Below are positions 8,691 to 18,088 of a stretch of DNA of 64,000 nt, one piece after another. The notes beneath the pieces are model-generated. The model had not been told where the DNA came from. It ran no database searches and was given only the letters and a program-made list of their open reading frames with translations. The DNA is from Candidatus Moraniibacteriota bacterium (GTDB taxonomy: Bacteria; Patescibacteriota; Minisyncoccia; Moranbacterales; GCA-2747515): NCBI GenBank assembly GCA_002747515.1, contig PDPP01000016.1, positions 50,369 to 114,368 on the forward strand, given 5' to 3'. The position numbers and the translations under genes are program-made. Position 1 is the first letter of the stretch; each line of letters begins with the position of its first letter.

Positions 8691-10382
8691 ATGAATTGGC
8701 ATATAAAAGAAAAAATAGATAAAAAGATTAACGGAAAAGAACTTTATCAAGTGATTGAGCAGATTTTTTTGCAACGAGGTATTAAAACTGCTGAGGACGT
8801 TGATAAATTTCTTTCGCCTGATTATGAAAAAGATCTTCACGATCCTTTTCTTTTTAATGATATGGAAAAAGTAGTGCAACGTGTGTATGAGGCAGTGAGT
8901 ATTGGTGAAAGAGTTGGCATATTTGGTGATCATGATGCAGATGGTGTAAGTAGTGCAACAGTTCTCGCAGAGGGCTTAGAAGCGCTTGGATTGGATGTAG
9001 AGGTGTATATTCCAGATAAAATTACAGAAGGACACGGAATCAATGCAACAGCAATTGATTTATTTAAAAAAGAAAAAGTATCATTGCTTTTTAGTGTGGA
9101 TTGTGGGACATCAAATGTGAATGAGGTAGCATATGCGGTTTCTTGTGGCATGGATGTCATCATTACAGATCATCATCATGCACCAGAAGTTTTGCCAAAT
9201 GCGTATGCAATTATTAATCCACAAGTTATTGGAGAGAAATATCCATTTAAAGAACTTTCAGGAACAGCAGTAGCGTTTAAGGTTGTGCAAGCACTTCATA
9301 GTATTTTTTTGCCAGAAGAGATGGATAAACTTAAGTGGATGTTGGATGTGGTTTGTGTGGGGACTGTTGCTGATTGCATGCCACTTGTGGGAGAAAATCG
9401 TGTTTTTGTAAAGTACGGACTTATTGTACTTTCTAAAACACGTCGGAAAGGATATCAAGAACTCATTAAGACTGGTAATCTTGCAATCACAGAACAAAAA
9501 GTACCATCAGTACATATGGTGGCATTTCAAATCGCACCACGAATCAATGCAGCAGGACGGATGACTCATGCAAAGCATGCATATGCACTTATGCGAGAAC
9601 AGAAATATGAAAATGCAAGGAAGCTTTCACAAGACATTGAACAACAAAATATTCAAAGGCGTCAGCTTGTGGATAAAATTACACATGAGGCAGAAAAAAT
9701 TGTAGAGGAAGAACAGAGGGATCGTTCATTTATCGTTATTGCATCAGAAGAATATCCGGTAGGAATCGTGGGAATTGTCGCTGGTCGTATTGCAGAAAAG
9801 TATCAAAAACCGACAGGTGTTTTTTCAAAAATTGGCGATGAAGGACGAGGATCTTTTCGTAGTGTTGATGGGGTGCATATTGTTGATGTGCTTACAGCAT
9901 GCTCTATGCATTTAAATAAATATGGCGGTCACGAAAAAGCAGCAGGTGCAACAATTGATAATAAAAAGTTAGATGATTTTGCTCAAGCAGCTGATGCATA
10001 TGTTAAAGAATTGTCTATAGATCTTTCTGCTGAACCAGTACTTTGGGCAGATGGTGAGATTGAGCTTTCAGAAGTAAATCATGAACTTTTATATTTTTTA
10101 CAAAAATGTGAACCATTTGGGGAAGGAAACGAAGAACCTGTTTTTTGTATTCGTGACGTGATAGTGGATTCAGTACGTATGGTAGGTAATGGTGACGAGC
10201 ATATAAAACTGCGTGTATCCAGTAGAGATGAACAATATGCAGTTGATGGAATTGGATTTGGTTTAGGTAAAAAATGTTCAGAAATTGTAGTAGGCGATGT
10301 AATTACAGTGTATGCACATATTCAGGAAAATGAATGGATGGGTAATGTGAGTGTGCAGCTGAACATAATTGATATTGTATAA
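8691..10382 (+). CDS. recJ: single-stranded-DNA-specific exonuclease RecJ
   Basis: DHH motifs (GDHDADGVSS, ITDHHH) and DHHA1; 563 aa. Confidence 0.9.
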   Translation: MNWHIKEKIDKKINGKELYQVIEQIFLQRGIKTAEDVDKFLSPDYEKDLHDPFLFNDMEKVVQRVYEAVSIGERVGIFGDHDADGVSSATVLAEGLEALGLDVEVYIPDKITEGHGINATAIDLFKKEKVSLLFSVDCGTSNVNEVAYAVSCGMDVIITDHHHAPEVLPNAYAIINPQVIGEKYPFKELSGTAVAFKVVQALHSIFLPEEMDKLKWMLDVVCVGTVADCMPLVGENRVFVKYGLIVLSKTRRKGYQELIKTGNLAITEQKVPSVHMVAFQIAPRINAAGRMTHAKHAYALMREQKYENARKLSQDIEQQNIQRRQLVDKITHEAEKIVEEEQRDRSFIVIASEEYPVGIVGIVAGRIAEKYQKPTGVFSKIGDEGRGSFRSVDGVHIVDVLTACSMHLNKYGGHEKAAGATIDNKKLDDFAQAADAYVKELSIDLSAEPVLWADGEIELSEVNHELLYFLQKCEPFGEGNEEPVFCIRDVIVDSVRMVGNGDEHIKLRVSSRDEQYAVDGIGFGLGKKCSEIVVGDVITVYAHIQENEWMGNVSVQLNIIDIV

Positions 10383-10495
10383 AGCTCTTTCACAGATATA
10401 GTATTTCTTGTATCAGTTTGGTATCAAATCTTTTGCTTGTCAGTGAGAAAAAAAGAGGTTAAAATAAAATACATTGTGACGTAAACTTTAAATAT

Positions 10496-10924
10496 ATGGA
10501 AAAAATTGTGATTTATACAGATGGCGGATCGCGAGGCAATCCTGGACCTGCTGCGGTTGGCGTGTGGATTGAAACGTTAGAAAAAAAATATGCTAAGACA
10601 ATTGGCATAGCGACAAATAATGATGCAGAATATCAAGCGCTTATTTTTGCACTCAAAAAAAGTAAGGCGTTACTTGGCAAGCAAAAAGCAAAAAAAATGA
10701 AAGTGGAGTGCAATCTTGATAGTGAATTAATTGTCAAACAACTCAATCACGAATACAAGATTACAAAGGAAAATACACAAAAATACTTTATCGAAACATG
10801 GAATCTTATGCTTGATTTTGACGCGGTATCTTTTCGTCATGTGCTACGTGAGCAAAATAAAATTGCTGATGGACTAGTCAATGAAGCATTGGATGCTGAA
10901 TTTGGTCAAGGTGGTCTCTTGTAG
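10496..10924 (+). CDS. rnhA: ribonuclease HI
   Basis: IYTDGGSRGNPGPAAVGV and the DEDD residue pattern; 142 aa. Confidence 0.88.
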   Translation: MEKIVIYTDGGSRGNPGPAAVGVWIETLEKKYAKTIGIATNNDAEYQALIFALKKSKALLGKQKAKKMKVECNLDSELIVKQLNHEYKITKENTQKYFIETWNLMLDFDAVSFRHVLREQNKIADGLVNEALDAEFGQGGLL

Positions 10925-11008
10925 ACGAAATGCATAAAATGTGATAGCTTTATACTAAGTTCTTTTTTAGTTTAAGTAAAAGATTTTTATAAGTTAGAGA
11001 AATAATCT

Positions 11009-11242
11009 ATGGAAAAAAAGAAAGCACTTTCTCGTGGAAACTTTATATTTTTGTTTGTTGTAGCATTTTTGTGTGGTGCAATTGGCAAGAAGGCAATGGG
11101 TGATCATGTACGTATGGGTTATGATGATCCTACGACAGTAATTATGCATGGAGAGTTTTATGATATTGATGTTTTAGAACAGAAACTAATTCAAAAAGGT
11201 TTACCTGAAGAGCCTATTCAGGAAAAAGATTCACAAGAATAA
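11009..11242 (+). CDS. small membrane protein, hypothetical
   Basis: 77 aa, one TM helix, no family. Confidence 0.3.
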   Translation: MEKKKALSRGNFIFLFVVAFLCGAIGKKAMGDHVRMGYDDPTTVIMHGEFYDIDVLEQKLIQKGLPEEPIQEKDSQE

Positions 11243-11261
11243 TTTTATAGAAATGTAAATT

Positions 11262-12401
11262 ATGTCAAAGTTAAAAAAACAAGCAGCAGAAAAGTTAGAG
11301 CAAGAAAAAAAGCAATTGGATGAGGTAAAATTAGAGGAGGATGTGTTTGAGATTAAAGAAAATTGCAGTGAAGAAAAGAAGAAACATAAGACACTTATAG
11401 CAATTATCATTCTTTTTGCAGGTGTCGCATGCGGTTCGTTTTTTGTGGATGTTGCACAATTGTTCACGCAAAAGGGTTTTTCTGCAAAGGCCCTCAAAGA
11501 TGCACAGGTCATTGAGTATGATGGAAATACATGGGTGCGTTATGATGATCCAAAGATTGTCGTTGATGTATTTGATGCGGATGATTGTGAAGAATGTGTT
11601 ACTGATGAGGTTCTTGTGCGACTTCGATCTCTTATTCCAACACTTGAAGCACATCGGATTAATGTGCATACAAAAGAGGGTAGAGCGTATGCTATGGAAA
11701 ATGATATAAAACATATTCCTTCATTTGTATTTGAAAATAGTGTGCTCGAATCAGATTTTTATCAACAAGCAGCAATCCTTTTTAAAGATAATAAAAATGG
11801 AAGGCAATATTTTGAAGCGTCAAGTGTCGGTGTGCCAATCGGTGAATATCTTGAAACACCAACGACAGAAGGAGGGTTTGCTTTGGACACAAATGATAAT
11901 GTGGAAAATACTGTTATACTCTATGATAATCCTGTTGCAAAAGAGAGTGCTACAGTGTATCCAATTTTAGAAAAGATTCGTGCAGAACAAAAAGAGAAAA
12001 TGCATACAGTTGTAAAGATTGTGCCTGATAGAGAAATTAAGAATTCTATGCAATCGGCGTATGCTTTGTATTGTGCACATGCACAGGGCAAGTACAACGA
12101 ATATGCAAAGCTGTTTTATGCTAATCATGCAAATGTCATGAAAAGTGACACTATTGTAGATCTTTTATCTAGATATGTGATAAAAGCTCAGATGAATCAA
12201 GAGGATTTTAATGCTTGTATGGCAAATTCTGATACGCGTGAAGCAATTGAAAAAAATATATTTGAAGCGTCAAGATATGGGATTGTATCTGCACCAACAT
12301 TTTTTATCAATGGTGAACCACATATTGGTGTAATCTCCTACCAAGGACTCAAAGAAAAAATTAGTGAGGAAGTTGTAAAAGAAGAAATGAAAAAGAAATA
12401 A
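11262..12401 (+). CDS. membrane-anchored DsbA-like thioredoxin-fold protein (tandem)
   Basis: N-terminal TM, CEEC (CxxC) motif, C-terminal DsbA-like block YGIVSAPTFFINGEPHIG. Confidence 0.6.
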   Translation: MSKLKKQAAEKLEQEKKQLDEVKLEEDVFEIKENCSEEKKKHKTLIAIIILFAGVACGSFFVDVAQLFTQKGFSAKALKDAQVIEYDGNTWVRYDDPKIVVDVFDADDCEECVTDEVLVRLRSLIPTLEAHRINVHTKEGRAYAMENDIKHIPSFVFENSVLESDFYQQAAILFKDNKNGRQYFEASSVGVPIGEYLETPTTEGGFALDTNDNVENTVILYDNPVAKESATVYPILEKIRAEQKEKMHTVVKIVPDREIKNSMQSAYALYCAHAQGKYNEYAKLFYANHANVMKSDTIVDLLSRYVIKAQMNQEDFNACMANSDTREAIEKNIFEASRYGIVSAPTFFINGEPHIGVISYQGLKEKISEEVVKEEMKKK

Positions 12402-12418
12402 TTTTATTTTAATGAAAA

Positions 12419-12452
12419 GCTCGTGTTTTTTTAGTAAATCATGAGCTTTTTT
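12419..12452 (+). terminator. intrinsic terminator after the DsbA-like gene
   Basis: gctcgtg ... catgagc hairpin followed by tttttt. Confidence 0.5.
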
Positions 12453-12488
12453 ATTTACTTTTTCTGTAAAGTAATGTATAATTATTTT

Positions 12489-12738
12489 CACGAGGCCTTT
12501 GAAGCTGTTGACACAGTGGAGGCGGAGGAAGAAATTTATCTTTTGATAAAGAGTAGAACCTCACGGGAGTGCCCGTTATAGCATAAAAAGAGTGGGTGGT
12601 TCAAAGAATATGAATCATTAATTACGGTGGTACCGCGGTTGTAAAAATCGTCCGTTGAGAACAAAGTATTTGTTCTTGTCGGACGATTTTTATTGTCTTC
12701 CGTTCATTATTATCTTGTTAGCAATTAATAATATACTT
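12489..12738 (+). promoter_or_regulatory. T-box riboswitch leader of aspS
   Basis: Canonical T-box sequence aattacggtggtaccgcgg at 12620-12638, followed by an 11-bp terminator hairpin (aaaatcgtccg ... cggacgatttt, 12644-12694) whose 5' arm abuts the T-box; a -10-like tgtataat lies at 12475-12482; GAC-A at 12509-12512 is a candidate Asp specifier. Confidence 0.8.
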
Positions 12739-14514
12739 ATGTTACGAACACATACGTGTGGAGAATTATCACAAAAAAATATTGGAGAAAAAGTTACATT
12801 GTCAGGATGGGTACATCGTCGTCGTGATCATGGTGGTGTAATTTTTATTGATCTCAGGGATCGTTATGGTGTGACACAGATTAAATTTGATCCAGATACT
12901 GATGCATGTGTGCACGTCGATGCAGATGCTTTGAGAAGTGAATGGGTAATTCAAGTTAAAGGTGAAGTAATCGGACGACCAAAAGACATGATCAATGAAA
13001 AGATTTCTACTGGAGAGATTGAAATTGTAGTTAATCAGCTTATTGTTCTCAATAAATCAAAGACGCCTCCATTTGAGATCGGTGATGAAAAAGTTGCAGA
13101 GGCAGGTGAGCATATTCGTCTTAAATATCGTTATGTTGATCTTCGACGCAAAAAGATTCAAGAGCTTCTTCAGCAAAAAGATGAATTTATAAAAGATATG
13201 CGTGCATTTTTTCATGCACGAAATTTTCAAGAGGTGCAAACGCCATTGCTTGCAAACTCTTCACCAGAAGGAGCGCGTGATTGGCTTGTTCCATCTCGAT
13301 TGTATAATGGTAAGTTTTATGCATTGCCTCAAGCACCACAGCAGTTTAAACAACTTTTGATGGTTGGTGGTATTGATCGATATTTTCAAATTGCACCGTG
13401 TTTTCGTGATGAAGATCCGCGTATGGATCGACATTTTGGAGAGTTTTATCAATTAGATTTTGAGATGAGTTTTGTTGAGCAGGAGGATATTTTTGCCCTT
13501 ATGCAAGAATTGTGGATTGATTTAACAGAAAAACACAGTGATAAAGAGATTGTAAATAAAGAATTTCCACAGATTACGTGGAAAGATGCAATGAACAAAT
13601 ATGGGACAGATAAACCAGATCTTCGATTCGATCTTAAAATTAAAAATATATCTGAGATTGTTACTGAATGTGAATTTGGCGTATTTACAAATGCTATAGA
13701 AAATGGTGGCGTTGTACATGCGCTCAAAGTCGATGATGGATCACAATTTTCTCGCAAAGATATTGATGATCTCACAAACCTTGCTGGAACAAAAGGTGCA
13801 AAGGGTCTCGCGTACATTATTGTAAAAGATGACGGAGAACTTCAATCGCCAATTGTAAAATTTCTTGGCGAAGATGTTTCTAGTAAAATTATTTCTACAG
13901 TGAATGCGCGACCTGGTGATATTGTATTTTTTGGTGCAGATCAATGGCGTATAGTATGTGAATCTCTGGGTGTTGTGCGTGATAAATGTGGTGAGATGCT
14001 TGGTTTTAAGGACGATGCAAAGGCAGCATGGGTATGGATTATTGATTTTCCCATGTATGATTATTCTGAAATTGAGGAGGGGAAAATTGATTTTTCTCAT
14101 AATCCATTTTCTATGCCACAGGGTGGCATGAAATCACTGAAGGAAGATAATCCTCTCGAAATTGTTGCTTATCAATTCGATCTTATATTAAATGGATTTG
14201 AGATTTCTAGTGGCGCAATTCGCAATCATGATCCAGAGATTATGTACAAAGCATTTGAGATTGCTGGATATACAAAAAAACAAGTAAAAGAGCGATTTGG
14301 ACACATGATTAATGCATTTGAATATGGTGCGCCACCACATGGAGGGAGTGCTCCTGGTATTGATCGCGCATTTATGGTTCTTAAAAATTGTAATTCTATT
14401 CGAGATATTTATGCATTTCCCAAAGATGGTCAAGGACGTGATGTGATGATGGATTCACCGTCATTTGTTGATCAAGCACAGCTTGATGAATTGGGATTGA
14501 AGATTATTGACTAG
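12739..14514 (+). CDS. aspS: aspartyl-tRNA synthetase
   Basis: MLRTHTCGEL...GWVHRRRDHGGVIFIDLRD anticodon-binding OB fold plus class II core; true start at ATG 12739 (track ORF 12655 extends into the leader). Confidence 0.93.
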   Translation: MLRTHTCGELSQKNIGEKVTLSGWVHRRRDHGGVIFIDLRDRYGVTQIKFDPDTDACVHVDADALRSEWVIQVKGEVIGRPKDMINEKISTGEIEIVVNQLIVLNKSKTPPFEIGDEKVAEAGEHIRLKYRYVDLRRKKIQELLQQKDEFIKDMRAFFHARNFQEVQTPLLANSSPEGARDWLVPSRLYNGKFYALPQAPQQFKQLLMVGGIDRYFQIAPCFRDEDPRMDRHFGEFYQLDFEMSFVEQEDIFALMQELWIDLTEKHSDKEIVNKEFPQITWKDAMNKYGTDKPDLRFDLKIKNISEIVTECEFGVFTNAIENGGVVHALKVDDGSQFSRKDIDDLTNLAGTKGAKGLAYIIVKDDGELQSPIVKFLGEDVSSKIISTVNARPGDIVFFGADQWRIVCESLGVVRDKCGEMLGFKDDAKAAWVWIIDFPMYDYSEIEEGKIDFSHNPFSMPQGGMKSLKEDNPLEIVAYQFDLILNGFEISSGAIRNHDPEIMYKAFEIAGYTKKQVKERFGHMINAFEYGAPPHGGSAPGIDRAFMVLKNCNSIRDIYAFPKDGQGRDVMMDSPSFVDQAQLDELGLKIID

Positions 14515-14629
14515 TCTTAGTTTTTAGCTTGCAAAATCCAAAAAAACCTGATATACTCATATTGTTGATATCCGCATATCAGGTGTGTTGATGTCTATTT
14601 ATTAGTTTTATTTCGTGAATTTTAGTATT

Positions 14630-14827
14630 ATGGCAGTACCAAAACAACGACAGAATTCATCACGACGTGATCGCCGACGTTCACATAACATCGGAAAGAT
14701 TAAAACAGAAATTACACAAAAATGTAGTTCTTGTGGTGAACAAAAGCTTCCACATCGCGTGTGTGATGCATGTGGCACGTATCGTGGCGTACAATACAAA
14801 GAGATTGTGAAAAAAGTTAGTGCATAG
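14630..14827 (+). CDS. rpmF: 50S ribosomal protein L32
   Basis: MAVPKQRQNSSRRDRRRSH with a CxxC...CxxC zinc ribbon. Confidence 0.85.
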   Translation: MAVPKQRQNSSRRDRRRSHNIGKIKTEITQKCSSCGEQKLPHRVCDACGTYRGVQYKEIVKKVSA

Positions 14828-14891
14828 CTTTGTATGAGAGAAATCAATCAATTTATCAATAAAAAATAAAGTTTTTTCAATAGGAATTATT

Positions 14892-15383
14892 ATGGCAAAT
14901 CGACATCTCCAACGTTCAATAGCAATGCAAAGTCTCTTTGAGTGGGATTTTCGAGGACAAGATGCAGATAGTGTTGAGATGATTGTGACACATAACTGCG
15001 CTGAATTTGCTCCTGGTGGAGATAATTTTGCATTTGTGAGCAATTTGGTGCGAGGTGCTGTTGAAAAAATGGATGATATCGATCCGCTTATAGCAAAATG
15101 TGCACCAGAATGGCCTCTTGATCAAATTGCAACAGTCGATCGAAATATTTTGCGACTTGGCACGTATGAGTTACTTTTTGGTAATTATGAAGAGACTCCA
15201 CCAAAAGTTGCAATTAATGAGGCAATTGAATTAGCAAAGACATACGGTGGCGATAGTAGCGCACGTTTCGTTAATGGTGTGTTGGGAACGATTTATCGAG
15301 AAATGGGAGAGCCTATGAAAGACGATGATGCACAAAAAGCAAAGGAACGTCGAGAAAAAGGGGGAAAGAAAAAAGATAACTAA
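14892..15383 (+). CDS. nusB: transcription antitermination factor NusB
   Basis: [14 protein letters not shown] ... [27 protein letters not shown]. Confidence 0.85.
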   Translation: MANRHLQRSIAMQSLFEWDFRGQDADSVEMIVTHNCAEFAPGGDNFAFVSNLVRGAVEKMDDIDPLIAKCAPEWPLDQIATVDRNILRLGTYELLFGNYEETPPKVAINEAIELAKTYGGDSSARFVNGVLGTIYREMGEPMKDDDAQKAKERREKGGKKKDN

Positions 15384-15463
15384 GTAATTTTTTTAGAAGT
15401 ATGTTCAATGTTACTCACGTCAATTATTTGATTTGAGCACATTGGGTATTCTTTTTTGGATAT

Positions 15464-16153
15464 ATGATGAATACAAAACGTTTTGCAAATATTTGTGGCA
15501 TTTCACTAAAAAATGCTGATTTTTTTATTGAGGCAATGACACATCGTTCTTACTTAAATGAAAACAAAAAACATGCTTTTCCGCACAATGAACGGCTTGA
15601 GTTTTTGGGTGATGCAGTTTTGGAACTCATTGTAACAGAATACTTATATCATGAATTTGATAATCCCGAAGGAGAGATGACCGCGTGGCGTGCAGCACTT
15701 GTTAATGGAGAGATGCTTGCTCGTGTGGCGCGTGAGATTGGTATTGAGGAATTTCTCATGATGAGTAAGGGTGAGGCAAAGGATATAGGAAAAGCGCGAA
15801 ATTATTTATTGGCAAATGCGATGGAAGCAATCATCGGAGCATTGTATCTTGATGGAGGATATGAAAACGCTAAGGCATTTATTTATAAATGGATTATTGC
15901 GCATATGGAAGAAATTTTAGAGAAAAAGCTTTATCTCGATCCAAAAAGTTATTTTCAGGAAAAAGCACAGGAACAACAAAATATTACACCACACTATAAA
16001 TTGATATCTGAATCAGGTCCAGATCATGATCGTGTTTTTATTGTTGGTGTGTTTCTCGGAGAAGAAGAAGTTGCACAAGGTACTGGAAAAAGTAAGCAAG
16101 ATGCACAACGTGACGCTGCTAGAAAAGGGTTGGAAAAAAAACAATGGTTATAA
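15464..16153 (+). CDS. rnc: ribonuclease III
   Basis: ERLEFLGDAVLELIVTEYLY signature plus C-terminal dsRBD. Confidence 0.9.
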   Translation: MMNTKRFANICGISLKNADFFIEAMTHRSYLNENKKHAFPHNERLEFLGDAVLELIVTEYLYHEFDNPEGEMTAWRAALVNGEMLARVAREIGIEEFLMMSKGEAKDIGKARNYLLANAMEAIIGALYLDGGYENAKAFIYKWIIAHMEEILEKKLYLDPKSYFQEKAQEQQNITPHYKLISESGPDHDRVFIVGVFLGEEEVAQGTGKSKQDAQRDAARKGLEKKQWL

Positions 16154-16251
16154 AATTGACGCACAATAAGAAATTCTATAAAATATATTATTAGTTACTT
16201 TAAACAAAGTAATAAAGGAGTATTTTAGTTGTTTAAAAAATTATAAGTGAG

Positions 16252-17187
16252 GTGAAAATGCAAAGTTATCGGACTCTTCTTAAAACACATTTCCCAGAAT
16301 TAAAACTAATTAATCGGGGCAAAGTAAGGGATTTGTATGGCATTCCTAATCATCCGGATAAATTACTTTTTGTAGCTACAGATCGCATTTCTGCGTATGA
16401 TGTGATTATGAGTGAAGGCATCCCAGGAAAAGGACGTGTACTTACTGCAATGTCATTATTTTGGTTTGATTTTTTTTCGGATATCTCAAATCATCTAATT
16501 ACAGCTGATGTTTCTGCGTATCCAGAGGAGTGTCAGAAGTATGTAGACACACTTAATGGTCGGAGCATGTTGGTAAAAAAAGCACATGTTTTGCCGTTTG
16601 AGTGTATTGTACGAGGTCGTTGGACAGGATCTTATTGGAATGCATACAAAAAGGCAAGTATCCAAAAAACAGAATCACCGCTTGTATCTTTTAAAGAAAT
16701 CTGCGGCTTTAGATTTTCCACAGACATCAAAGAAAATGATTTGATTGAACCACCACTTTTTACACCGAGTACTAAAGCAGAATATGGTCAACACGATGAA
16801 AATATCTCTATTGATTATATGAAGACAATTATCGGTGAAGAACGTGTAAAAAAAGTAAGTCAGATGGCTACGTCACTTTTTGAACGTGCGGCAAAATATG
16901 CTTTGACAAAAGGAATTGTCATCGCAGATACAAAATTTGAATTGGGGGAAATTGAAGGAGAAATTGTTTTGATTGATGAAGTTTTAACACCAGATTCTTC
17001 GCGATTTTGGCCAAAAGAACATGTAAAACGTGGTGTGACACCACCAAGTTTTGATAAACAATTTTTGCGTGATTATTTGATATCTATTAACGCAAAAGGA
17101 CAAAATCCACCACCTGAATTGCCAAGAGAGGTAATTGAAAAAACTGCGCAAAAATATGAAGAAGCACATATGTTGTTGACAAGATAA
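16252..17187 (+). CDS. purC: phosphoribosylaminoimidazole-succinocarboxamide synthase (SAICAR synthetase), long form
   Basis: GKVRDLYGIPNHPDKLLFVATDRISAYDV; 311 aa. Confidence 0.85.
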   Translation: MKMQSYRTLLKTHFPELKLINRGKVRDLYGIPNHPDKLLFVATDRISAYDVIMSEGIPGKGRVLTAMSLFWFDFFSDISNHLITADVSAYPEECQKYVDTLNGRSMLVKKAHVLPFECIVRGRWTGSYWNAYKKASIQKTESPLVSFKEICGFRFSTDIKENDLIEPPLFTPSTKAEYGQHDENISIDYMKTIIGEERVKKVSQMATSLFERAAKYALTKGIVIADTKFELGEIEGEIVLIDEVLTPDSSRFWPKEHVKRGVTPPSFDKQFLRDYLISINAKGQNPPPELPREVIEKTAQKYEEAHMLLTR

Positions 17188-17237
17188 TTACTTACATGAC
17201 TTATCCAAAATATATTTTGGATAAGTCTTTTTTCTTA

Positions 17238-18083
17238 TTATTCAATAACTTGTTCAACAATAGGATAGTTATATTTTTTCCATGCTGCAAATCCACCTTT
17301 GATTGTTTTTGCATTGATATATCCAAGATCATAAAGCAGAACGCCCGCTTGAAAACTTGCACTCTCATCAGTGCCATAAATATAAATTTCTTTTGTGCGA
17401 TGCAGTTCTTTGTAGCGAGACTCAATTTCTAAAAAGGGAATGTTTATTGCTGTTGGTATATGCCCTTTTGTATAATTACCATTTCGACGCACATCAATGA
17501 CCATAATTTTTTCTGCACGTATAGGTTTTCGTAATGCACCATCAAGATCACGTGGTTCGACAAATTGTACTTTGCCAGATGTTACAAATGTTGGTGTACT
17601 ATTGAGTGATAAAAGAGCACGACCTTCTTTCTGCCATTGATTAATACCGCCAGTAAGATTGTATACTGTTTTTGTTTTGGAAATATCTCTATAGTGGTTC
17701 ACAATAAGGTCTTCATTGCCAGTTGTTGTGACAAATATAATTGTTCTTGCAGCATCTGCAATATTTATGTGTTCTAATGGAACACTTCCGCGAATATGTC
17801 CAGATTCATGATGTACAGTAGAGCGTGCATCAATAATTGTAATCTCTTCATCTGAATTCATTTTTTTGCTTAATTCAACTGTAGATATTTCAGGAATGAT
17901 TTTTTCAGGCGCAATTTCTTTTTCAGGTTCTTTTTGGACTTTTTCTTCCGTAATCATGCTTTCTTCAAGTAGTGTTTTCTCTTTTTTTTCTTGCGAAGAA
18001 AAATATTGCATAAGTGTCCATGTTGTTATGCCGATGATTCCAAGAATTGTTATTATAATGATATTTTTATCTGTTTTTTTCAT
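17238..18083 (-). CDS. membrane-anchored tandem rhodanese-like protein, catalytic Cys apparently absent
   Basis: Two rhodanese folds (GGINQWQKEG and IKGGFAAWKKYNYP) and an N-terminal TM; neither active-site loop contains Cys. Confidence 0.65.
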   Translation of the reverse strand: MKKTDKNIIIITILGIIGITTWTLMQYFSSQEKKEKTLLEESMITEEKVQKEPEKEIAPEKIIPEISTVELSKKMNSDEEITIIDARSTVHHESGHIRGSVPLEHINIADAARTIIFVTTTGNEDLIVNHYRDISKTKTVYNLTGGINQWQKEGRALLSLNSTPTFVTSGKVQFVEPRDLDGALRKPIRAEKIMVIDVRRNGNYTKGHIPTAINIPFLEIESRYKELHRTKEIYIYGTDESASFQAGVLLYDLGYINAKTIKGGFAAWKKYNYPIVEQVIE

Positions 18084-18088
18084 ATTTC

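Noticed and set aside
12655-12738. N-terminal 28 codons of track ORF 12655..14514
   Set aside because: This stretch overlaps the T-box terminator and leader. The conserved AspRS N-terminus begins at MLRTHT (ATG 12739).
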